Assembly: GCA_964247135.1 (NCBI GenBank)
Contig: CAXTTL010000058.1
Location: forward strand, 1 to 21,938
Reading direction: 5' to 3'
DNA: 21,938 bases
DNA from: an uncultured Deinococcales bacterium
GTDB lineage: Bacteria; Deinococcota; Deinococci; Deinococcales; JAAFIG01
Part shown: positions 1 through 7,043 of the stretch, one piece after another
Numbering within the stretch: position 1 is the stretch's first letter
Layout of the letters: each line of letters opens with the position of its first letter
Notes under the pieces: generated by a model
The model's input: the letters and a program-made list of their open reading frames with translations, nothing else
The model's database searches: none
Told to the model about the DNA's origin: nothing
Program-made: the position numbers and the translations under genes

Positions 1-742
1 GAATCCTCATCGGCAGTTGTATCAAATGATCCAAGTAATTGAGGCGCAAGCGCTTGTTCAAACCAATTGAAAGCTGCGATGAGAATAAATTGCGCAAAGC
101 GCCAAACCCCGCCTGTAAGACTGAAACCACCAACATCCCCAAAAAAACAGTGGTGAGCATGTTCTCTTGACGTTTCTCGAGCACCCGGTCAAACAAAATT
201 TGGGTTAAAAGCGGTGCGCCCAAATTCAGTAAGGTCACGATCAAGGTCACAACCGCCACCTGAAACAACACAAACCGAAAATGTTGGTAATGCCGCAAAT
301 GCGAGATCAAACCCAAGATGCCGCGCTGCCCCAAAAAACGACCCTTCTCAAAGCCTGCGCTCGGCTCGAGCCACAAGGCTTTGCCGGTCCATTTTTTCTT
401 GAAATCCTCGATTGAAACCCAAACCTCGCCCGCCGCAGGATCAAGGATTTGGACCTTTGAAGTCATGATTTTCTCGAGCACCACATAATGGTTGCTTTCC
501 CAATGGAGCAACACCGGCAAGTCAAGTTGACAGAGTTCGGAAAAACTTGCCGCAAAACCCGTGGCGGTCAAACCCAGCACCTCGGCAGCCCGTTTTAAAC
601 CGAGCAAACTCGTACCCGACTGGGTTGTGCCCGCCAAATCGCGCAGACGGTACAGCGGCTCGAGCCTTCCAAAGTGCATCAAGATCATCGAGAGCGCCGC
701 AGGTCCGCAATCGGTGGCATCAACTTGTCGAACAACTCGCAT
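1..742 (-). CDS. Peptidase-containing ABC transporter (C39 peptidase + ABC transmembrane domain), truncated by the window edge
   Basis: Not in the ORF track; translated by hand from ATG at 742 and open to position 1: MRVVRQVDATDCGPAALSMIL...LPVLLHWESNHYVVLEK...ILDPAAG...WTGKAL. This has the C39 Q-x5-CG, HYVV and DP motifs (Cys12/His85/Asp101), followed by hydrophobic helices (LLNLGAPLLTQILFDRVL...LDHLIQLPM) typical of the ABC membrane domain. Confidence 0.93.
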   Translation of the reverse strand, partial: MRVVRQVDATDCGPAALSMILMHFGRLEPLYRLRDLAGTTQSGTSLLGLKRAAEVLGLTATGFAASFSELCQLDLPVLLHWESNHYVVLEKIMTSKVQILDPAAGEVWVSIEDFKKKWTGKALWLEPSAGFEKGRFLGQRGILGLISHLRHYQHFRFVLFQVAVVTLIVTLLNLGAPLLTQILFDRVLEKRQENMLTTVFLGMLVVSVLQAGFGALRNLFSSQLSIGLNKRLRLNYLDHLIQLPMRI

Positions 743-792
743 GAAGGTTTTCAACTCCGCATCTAAACTCTGTAGGGTTATACCAAACACAA

Positions 793-820
793 ACCTCCGA
801 CACCAAAGGTCATCGGAGGT
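793..820 (-). terminator. Stem-loop between precursor gene and transporter (terminator or mRNA-stabilising hairpin)
   Basis: ACCTCCGA (793-800) / TCGGAGGT (813-820) inverted repeat, extendable inward; followed on the minus strand by TTGTGTTT. Confidence 0.6.
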
Positions 821-846
821 CTGGGCTGTTGCTTGATTGGCTTTGA

Positions 847-1062
847 TTAGGGAATGTTGATCGGGGCTGGGGTTGGAGCTGGCGTGCCACAGCCGCCACC
901 CTTGCTGTTGCCGCCAGAAGAATTCTTGCAGCCCTTGCTGCCGTTGCTCCTCGAGCCGCCGCCGCGACCGCCGCGTTTGCCTCCGCTACAACCGTTACCG
1001 CCGCTGACCTCGAGCATTTGGTTGGTACTAAGTTCTTGCAGGTTCAAGTTTCCCAATTTCAT
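847..1062 (-). CDS. Double-glycine-leader precursor peptide (bacteriocin/RiPP-type), 71 aa
   Basis: Leader MKLGNLNLQELSTNQMLEVSGG matches the ELS-x3-L/M-x2-V-x-GG consensus. RBS AAAGGGG upstream. Lies directly upstream of a C39 transporter on the same strand. Confidence 0.88.
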   Translation of the reverse strand: MKLGNLNLQELSTNQMLEVSGGNGCSGGKRGGRGGGSRSNGSKGCKNSSGGNSKGGGCGTPAPTPAPINIP

Positions 1063-1406
1063 GTTTTACCCCTTTTCTGTAACTTCCCATTAGGGACTAT
1101 TTATTGCTTCCCATAGGAATACTAGCGAACGTAAACTTTCGGAAATCTTACAAGGTTAGGGTTTAAGCGCCAAGTTCAAGGTCGATTCAAACGAAATCAT
1201 CGATTTATCCGCATGGCACAGCCTTTAACAACCCATATTCTAAAGTTTCACGATTCAACAAACCAAAAGATTCAAAGACCCGAGCCGCAAAATGTGATCA
1301 AACCCGATCCAAAAACCATTTGAAGCCCGAGGTCTTCAAACCATAAAAACCAAAGCGGACTGCTTTCAGTTAGAATCCAAACACCCATGCAGCGAAACGA
1401 GCAACC

Positions 1407-2333
1407 ATGAGCGACACCTTTGAACCACGCGCCCCAATCCTCGACGATTACATTTACCTGCGCGGCTACCCGTCAATGGAGGACTTTATCAGCTTTGTCA
1501 AAAGCAACGACACCGAGCAAAAAGACTCGAGAAGCCTCGCCGAAGAGTGGCGCAACGCCAACGATTACTTGCGCACCCTCGAGCAAAGTGAAGCTGGGAT
1601 TGCCACCAACACCCAAATCGCAGCCTTGCCCGAAAACATGTTTGGTTTGCGCGACCAAGTGCTGGCAGACCCAATCGTGCAACGCACCTTTGACATTGTG
1701 GACATTGACGTTGCCATCGTTGACCTGCGCCAACTCTCGGTCTTTCAAAAACACGTCAATTTTTCTTACGTTCAAGATTTGCAAACCAAAATCAGCCAGC
1801 ACAACAGCACCGAGGACACCTTCAAATTCTGCCTGCTCGAGCCGCCAGCGCCAATCGTAAAATTCTCCAAGGTTGCCCAGAACGGTTATGTTTTCGTTTC
1901 ACCATCCAACGACCTGCGTTTTTTGGGGTCAATGCTGCTCGAGCCGCATCAGGTGACCGGGCATCAACTGCCAGGACGTGCCGCTGGCGTGGTCGGCTTG
2001 GTGGCGGGACCAGGCGCGAACTGCTTGGCGGTGACATCCTTTGACGGGCGTTTAATCCTGAACAACGGCACGCACCGCGCCGCCGCGCTTTTTGCCAGCG
2101 GCATCACAAGTGTCCCAGCCATCATTCAACATTGCAGCCGCACCGAAGAGGTCGAGGCGCTGTTCTCGAGCGGCACCTACGAAAAAATCAAGACGTACCT
2201 CGAGCTTGCCCGCCCACCGATGTTCAAAGATTATTTTGATCCGGCGCTGGCGAGAAAACTGAAAATGCCGCGCAAATTGACCCAAGTGAAATTGACCTTT
2301 GGTTGGGAAAGCATTGAAATTCCAGTGGTTTAA
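1407..2333 (+). CDS. Hypothetical protein with ParB/sulfiredoxin-like motif (308 aa)
   Basis: Long ORF with protein-like composition. GRLILNNGTHRAAALFASGITSVPAII resembles the G-x-H-R signature of the ParB/Srx fold. No HTH recognisable. ORF is confident, function is not. Confidence 0.75.
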   Translation: MSDTFEPRAPILDDYIYLRGYPSMEDFISFVKSNDTEQKDSRSLAEEWRNANDYLRTLEQSEAGIATNTQIAALPENMFGLRDQVLADPIVQRTFDIVDIDVAIVDLRQLSVFQKHVNFSYVQDLQTKISQHNSTEDTFKFCLLEPPAPIVKFSKVAQNGYVFVSPSNDLRFLGSMLLEPHQVTGHQLPGRAAGVVGLVAGPGANCLAVTSFDGRLILNNGTHRAAALFASGITSVPAIIQHCSRTEEVEALFSSGTYEKIKTYLELARPPMFKDYFDPALARKLKMPRKLTQVKLTFGWESIEIPVV

Positions 2334-2442
2334 TTGCCTCGAGACACCCATCAAACCTGTTGTTCAACCTAACTGTGAACCTTGAGAATCCTGGTGCAAG
2401 CTTTGGGGTTGAAACACGGCTCGAGCTTGAATCCCAAATTTT

Positions 2443-2484
2443 CCAGCAAAACCCTCGGATGGGACACGTTGAGGGTTTTGCTGG
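2443..2484. terminator. 14-bp perfect inverted repeat between convergent genes, probable bidirectional terminator
   Basis: CCAGCAAAACCCTC (2443-2456) / GAGGGTTTTGCTGG (2471-2484) with a 14-nt loop, between stops at 2333 (+) and 2514 (-). No strong U-tract. Confidence 0.6.
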
Positions 2485-2513
2485 CGATTCGCAAAATTGG
2501 CAGATTGATTGGT

Positions 2514-2645
2514 TTAGCCAGCGCCGGAAAGGATGATGCCAACAACAGCGGTCATTTTGTATTGCTCGAGCACTGGCGTCTCGTAAGGTTTGCGCTCTGG
2601 AGTTTGAGCTGGCGTCGCATCGTTCTGGTTCTGGGTTTCAAACAT
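2514..2645 (-). CDS. Small 43-aa peptide with K-P-Y-x-x-P-x-L (RRE/lasso-leader-like) motif
   Basis: Hand translation: MFETQNQNDATPAQTPERKPYETPVLEQYKMTAVVGIILSGAG*. RBS-like GAAGGTG about 7 nt upstream of the ATG; hairpin 30 nt downstream. Below the ORF-track size cutoff. Confidence 0.7.
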   Translation of the reverse strand: MFETQNQNDATPAQTPERKPYETPVLEQYKMTAVVGIILSGAG

Positions 2646-2711
2646 GTTTGGCACCTTCTGTTCGGGATGAATCAAGCCTGACCATCAGAATATGGTCCAG
2701 ATTCCCCAAGC

Positions 2712-4745
2712 CTAGGGGTTGTAGCGAGCCAAGGCGAAGTCTTCGTTGCCGCCATTGTTGCTATACCCTGCCGCCACCAGCTTGCCGTCGGGCTGAACCA
2801 CCAGGGCAGCGGCTTGGTCACGGCTCGAGCCAATTACGGTGGTCAGCTTACCACCACCGCCAAAGCTGGTATCCAACAAGCCATCGGCGTTGTAGCGCAC
2901 CAGGGCGAAGCCGCCGCTGATGCTATACCCCGCCGCCACCAGCTTGCCGTCGGGCTGGAGCACCAGGGCGTTGGCTCGCTCATCACTCGAGCCGAAGTCG
3001 GTGGTTACGGTACCGTCGCCGTTGTTTCCAAAGTTGGTGTCCAGCGTGCCGTCGGTGTTGTAGCGCACCAGGGCGAAGTCGAAGTTGCCGCCGAACCCCG
3101 CCGCCACAATCTTGCCGTCAGGTTGGAGCACCAGGGCGTTGACATTGTCATCCTTGGTGTCAATCGAGGTGGTCACCTTGCCCCCAGTTCCGAAACGGGT
3201 ATCCAGCGTGCCGTTGGCGTTGTAGCGCACCAGGACGAAGTCGAAGTTGCTGCCGCCAATGGGGGTGCTCAACCCCGCGACCACCAGCTTGCGATCGGGT
3301 TGGAGCACCACGGCTTTGGCAATGTCATTGCTCGAGCCAATCGCGGTGGTCACCCTGCCCCCAGTTCCAAAGCTGGTGTCCAACGAACCGTCGACGTAGT
3401 AGCGCACCAGGGCAAAGTCCAAGTTGCTGCCGTTAAAGCTATATCCTGCTGCCACCAGTTTGCCGTCGGGCTGGCGCACCACGGCGGTGGCAATGTCATT
3501 GCTCGAACCAATCCGGGTGGTCACCCGACCCGCAGTTCCGAAGCTGGTGTCCAGCGTGCCGTTGGTGTTGTAACGCACCAGGCTAAAGTCATCGTTGAGG
3601 ACGCCGTTGGAGCTTCGCCCCACCGCCACCAGCTTGCCGTCGGGCTGGAGGATCAAGGCATTGGCATTGTCACCGCTCGAGCCAATCGCGGTGGTTCGCC
3701 TTCCACCCGCCCCGAAGCAAGAATCCAGGCTGCCCGAGGTGGGCGCAGGCAGGGCTGGAATCCGCAGGTCGGGAGCGACGGCGATACGGGTTTGGCAGAT
3801 GTTGTTGAAGTTGTCCAACCCGCTCAGGTTCGAGCCAAACAAAATACGGTTTTGGTTAGCGCCGCTGGTCTGTCCGGCGGTCGTGTTGGCGCCCTGTTCC
3901 TCGAGGCTCTGCGAGACATACGTGTTGGCTTCATTCGCCACCACAAAGTACATCGAGAAGCCAAAAGGATTGTTGGCACGCGGGCTGATGCGGGGGAACT
4001 TGTAAGCCAGGGTCACCGACCCCTTGCAGGCATTGGTGGTGCAATCGCTGCTGAGGTTGCGAGCCGCGATCAGTCGCCCGGCGCTCAGGTTGCGAGCCAC
4101 GAAACCGTACTCCAGCACCGTGGCGGTGTTTGGAATGATGTTCGCCGACACGGCTTGCTCCTTGATGCCGTCGTTGCGGTTGCTGGCTTCGCTGGGGGTG
4201 ATCCACTGAAGGTCGGCGTTGTCCGCGTTGACCTTGTATGCCAGCCCGCTGGGTCGCATCCCGTGTACCGGCTGGAAGCCTCGAGCCACCGCCGCGTCGG
4301 TGATGGCTGCACCCGTCGCATCGCTCATCGAGACAATGTCCGTCCCTCCCAGGTTGCTCGGCACGTTCACGGCGTACAAGGTCAGGTTGGCAAAGTTGGT
4401 GCTGGTGCGGTTGGTCAAGGCGAATGTGGTGTAGACGTAACGGGTTGGCGCCGCCAGGTTGGAATCGTCGTCGGAGAAGTTGACCGCACTGCGGGTAAAT
4501 TGCACGTCGTTGAGCGCCGTTGTTCCGTTGACCGGCACCACCGTGGCGGCTTGACCGCTCACCTCGAGGCTTGCGGGGTTGACAAACTCCGCCGTGGCGC
4601 TGGGCGTCGCAGCCTCGCCAATCCCAGTGACCGTGACCTTCAGCAGCCCCAGGAACGGCTTGTCTGGTGGGTCACCCGTTTGTTGGGGCTGCGCATTGCA
4701 CGCCGCCAGAACCAGAAGTAAAACCAAACCGACGATTCGATTCAT
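2712..4745 (-). CDS. Lipoprotein with uncharacterised N-terminal domain and six C-terminal delta-60 repeats
   Basis: Start moved to ATG 4745 (RBS GGAGGGG). Signal MNRIVGLVLLLVLAAC ends in a lipobox. Six approx. 55-aa repeats (LDTSFGxGGxVTT...ALVLQPDGKLVAAG...FALVRYNxDG) match the delta-60 repeat pattern. Confidence 0.9.
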   Translation of the reverse strand: MNRIVGLVLLLVLAACNAQPQQTGDPPDKPFLGLLKVTVTGIGEAATPSATAEFVNPASLEVSGQAATVVPVNGTTALNDVQFTRSAVNFSDDDSNLAAPTRYVYTTFALTNRTSTNFANLTLYAVNVPSNLGGTDIVSMSDATGAAITDAAVARGFQPVHGMRPSGLAYKVNADNADLQWITPSEASNRNDGIKEQAVSANIIPNTATVLEYGFVARNLSAGRLIAARNLSSDCTTNACKGSVTLAYKFPRISPRANNPFGFSMYFVVANEANTYVSQSLEEQGANTTAGQTSGANQNRILFGSNLSGLDNFNNICQTRIAVAPDLRIPALPAPTSGSLDSCFGAGGRRTTAIGSSGDNANALILQPDGKLVAVGRSSNGVLNDDFSLVRYNTNGTLDTSFGTAGRVTTRIGSSNDIATAVVRQPDGKLVAAGYSFNGSNLDFALVRYYVDGSLDTSFGTGGRVTTAIGSSNDIAKAVVLQPDRKLVVAGLSTPIGGSNFDFVLVRYNANGTLDTRFGTGGKVTTSIDTKDDNVNALVLQPDGKIVAAGFGGNFDFALVRYNTDGTLDTNFGNNGDGTVTTDFGSSDERANALVLQPDGKLVAAGYSISGGFALVRYNADGLLDTSFGGGGKLTTVIGSSRDQAAALVVQPDGKLVAAGYSNNGGNEDFALARYNP
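2720..3735 (-). repeat. Intragenic tandem delta-60 repeats (6 copies of about 160-170 nt)
   Basis: Recurrent DNA blocks such as gtagcgcaccagggc, ccaccagcttgccgtcgggctg and gtccagcgtgccgt; boundaries approximate. Confidence 0.85.
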
Positions 4746-4855
4746 AGTGTTCCCCTCCAAGAATTTCACCCTGCTGACCTTGGTTCAACTGCCCTTATTC
4801 TGTCAAAGCAATACCCAAAAGAAAAATCGGAAAAACCCTCATGGCAAGATAGTAG

Positions 4856-5557
4856 CTAAGCCAAAACCGCTCGTGCAAACTCGAGCGGTGGTTGGTCGCT
4901 ATTGACCAGATCGAACTTAGGCAAATCAGACCAAGTGTCGCGCTCGGAGGGCGAGGGCGTGCCGGCGGGTGGCAAGATCACGCTCTCTTTGGATTGAAAA
5001 GCTTTCAGGCGTTTCGCCTCGAGCGACACCACACCGGTCACGCGCACCACAGGATTTTCTGGGTCAAGCCAAGGGCGGCTGACCACACTGCGCCCGCAAC
5101 GCACGGCTCCGACCTGTTTGCCGTTCGGCAGGAGGATCCAACCGCCGAGGTATTCGATACCGCCCAGCATTTTCTTGGCGCGGTACAGACCAGCATGTCC
5201 TTGCGTTGAGACCATCGCGGCTTTGAAGGCTTGGGCTTGACCCAAAGGCAGGGTCAGCTTGCCCGTGATCTGCCTCGAGCCAACTTGCAACTCGAGTTTG
5301 GCATGACGGGTTGATACGAGTTGGAGTGTGCCATCGATGTTGACCTCGCCCTGAAACCATTCGGCAAGGCTGTCGCCATCGCAGCAATACGCCAAAGCTC
5401 GCTGACCTCGCAAGGTCACCGCCAAAGCTGTCTTGCCTTTGCCCAGTTGGGTGACGAACGTGCCGTGGGTGCTGACCTCGGCTGGTGGACGTTGGAACAA
5501 CTGCGACAGGGCTTGAAAGGGAGCAAACACGGGTGGAAGGGTCTGGACTTGAAGCAT
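4856..5557 (-). CDS. Hypothetical protein (233 aa, predicted beta-rich)
   Basis: ATG with strong RBS AAGGAG. Contains ALAYCCDG, AGLYRA and GGWILLPNGKQVG blocks; no function recognised. Confidence 0.75.
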   Translation of the reverse strand: MLQVQTLPPVFAPFQALSQLFQRPPAEVSTHGTFVTQLGKGKTALAVTLRGQRALAYCCDGDSLAEWFQGEVNIDGTLQLVSTRHAKLELQVGSRQITGKLTLPLGQAQAFKAAMVSTQGHAGLYRAKKMLGGIEYLGGWILLPNGKQVGAVRCGRSVVSRPWLDPENPVVRVTGVVSLEAKRLKAFQSKESVILPPAGTPSPSERDTWSDLPKFDLVNSDQPPLEFARAVLA

Positions 5558-5619
5558 CTTGATTCTCCTTAAACTGAATCTCGAGCGGGCTTATGGGGCT
5601 TGCCTGTTTCAATGACCAG

Positions 5620-5654
5620 AGTTTGTCAAAAGCCCCGTTATGCCAGCGTTATGC
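5620..5654 (-). promoter_or_regulatory. Direct-repeat operator (CATAACG x2, 11-nt period) plus -10-like CAAACT, copy 1
   Basis: CGTTATGC at 5636-5643 and 5647-5654 on the + strand. 5627-5653 is 24/27 identical to 8175-8201. Confidence 0.7.
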
Positions 5655-5672
5655 GAAGCCAGACCAGCCGTT

Positions 5673-7043
5673 TTACTCGTTCCAGAGCGCCATTGTGCGC
5701 GGGCTTTGGATTGGCACTGGGTTGACTCGAGGCTCGAGCTGGCTGGTTGGCAACGACGAAATGACTTGCGGCTTGCGTCTAGGGCTGGTCAGCGAGATCA
5801 TCTGTCGCCCGTTGATCGGCAGCGACAGCCAGTCGAGCAGCACTTGCAAACCCTGGCGTTTGCTGGGCATGTACCAGATAAAAAAGCCAATCCGCATGAC
5901 CCAAGCCAAAACCCCCGTGAATTGAATGCCGTGCAGTTCGGCGATGCCGCGCCCCATGCCGAGGCTGGCGGCTTGCCCCATGCCTTTGAAGGCAAAGGGG
6001 CGCAAAGCCTGCGCTTTCAGGCTGCGGGCGATGTTTGCACCAACGGTCATGCCGTGTTTCATGGCGAACAGCGCGTTGCTCGGGCAGTCACCGCTTTGGC
6101 TGGGGTGCTTGACCTGCGCGGTATCGCCGCCCGCCCAGAGGTTGGCATAACCCTGAACATTCAAGTTCTGATCGGTGATGATTCGCCCTCGAGCATCCCG
6201 AGGCAGCGCCTCTGTGCCTGGCATGGCGGTCAGCGAAGTGCCCGCCGTGGCAATCACCGTGCTCGAGACCAGAAAGCGTCCATCCTCGAGCCACGCGCCC
6301 CAAGGGTTGACCTCGGCAACCCGCGCCGAGAGAATCAATTGCACGCCGCTCCGCTCGAGGGCTTGGCTGGCATGATCGGCGAGTTTGGCGAACTGCGGAC
6401 GCAGCACCTCGAGGATTTGGGAACCAGAATGCACCAGGCTGATTTTTGGTTGGTGTTCTTGCAGCACGGGATAATGCTGTTTGGCGCTGTTCAGCCAGTC
6501 GGCGACGGCGGCGCACATTTCAACCCCAGCAAAACCAGCGCCGACAATTACAAAACTCAGCAGTTGCTCGCGGTGCTTGCGGTCAGTGGTCACCTCGGCT
6601 TGCTCGAGCACGCCAACCAGGTGATGGCGCAATGCCAACATGTCGTCCACGCTTTTTAAACGCCAGCCGTGTTCTTGCAGACCGCGCAGCCGCTCGAAGG
6701 GATCGCGCGAACCCGTGGCGAACAGCAAATGATCGTAACCAATCGTCTCGAGCTGCCCGCCGCGTTGCACGGTCACGGTTTGGTAAACCAGGTCAACGTG
6801 TTTGGCAGTTCCGTGAATCAACTGAGCGTTGGGCAGCATCTGCCGAAGCGGAATCAGCGTGTGCGCGGCAGGCAGAATACCGCTTAAAACTTCGGGCGTA
6901 AAACCGTGGAAGGGCAGAAGGTTCTGGCTCGAGATCACGATGACTTCAACACTTTGACCGATTTGATTGCCAAACTGACGGTACAACCCACGGTACGCCT
7001 CGACGGCGACGTAACCGCCGCCAAGAATGACGACCCGTTTCAT
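5673..7043 (-). CDS. NAD(P)/FAD-dependent oxidoreductase, type II NADH dehydrogenase-like
   Basis: True start MKRVVILGGGYVA at 7043 (ATGA overlap with the upstream stop). Motifs YDHLLFATGS, VIVGAGFAGVEM, LWAGGD and PFAFKGMGQAASLG...LAWVMR match the NDH-2 family. Confidence 0.9.
   Translation of the reverse strand: MKRVVILGGGYVAVEAYRGLYRQFGNQIGQSVEVIVISSQNLLPFHGFTPEVLSGILPAAHTLIPLRQMLPNAQLIHGTAKHVDLVYQTVTVQRGGQLETIGYDHLLFATGSRDPFERLRGLQEHGWRLKSVDDMLALRHHLVGVLEQAEVTTDRKHREQLLSFVIVGAGFAGVEMCAAVADWLNSAKQHYPVLQEHQPKISLVHSGSQILEVLRPQFAKLADHASQALERSGVQLILSARVAEVNPWGAWLEDGRFLVSSTVIATAGTSLTAMPGTEALPRDARGRIITDQNLNVQGYANLWAGGDTAQVKHPSQSGDCPSNALFAMKHGMTVGANIARSLKAQALRPFAFKGMGQAASLGMGRGIAELHGIQFTGVLAWVMRIGFFIWYMPSKRQGLQVLLDWLSLPINGRQMISLTSPRRKPQVISSLPTSQLEPRVNPVPIQSPRTMALWNE

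Noticed and set aside
854-1093. Pro/Leu-rich 79-aa + strand ORF
   Set aside because: Antisense of the Gly-rich precursor, which has the leader motif, RBS and transporter context.
2514-2645. Classification as a lasso peptide precursor
   Set aside because: No Asp/Glu at core positions 7-9 after any plausible cleavage site, and no cyclase or peptidase gene in the window.
2382-2681. 99-aa + strand ORF
   Set aside because: TTG start without RBS, runs through the terminator hairpin and is antisense to the better supported 43-aa peptide.
2720-3735. Possible CRISPR array
   Set aside because: Repeats are degenerate, in-frame protein repeats of about 165 nt without unique spacers; no cas genes.
2814-4721. 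635-aa ORF on the + strand
   Set aside because: Antisense shadow of the GC-rich repeat lipoprotein; no independent motifs.
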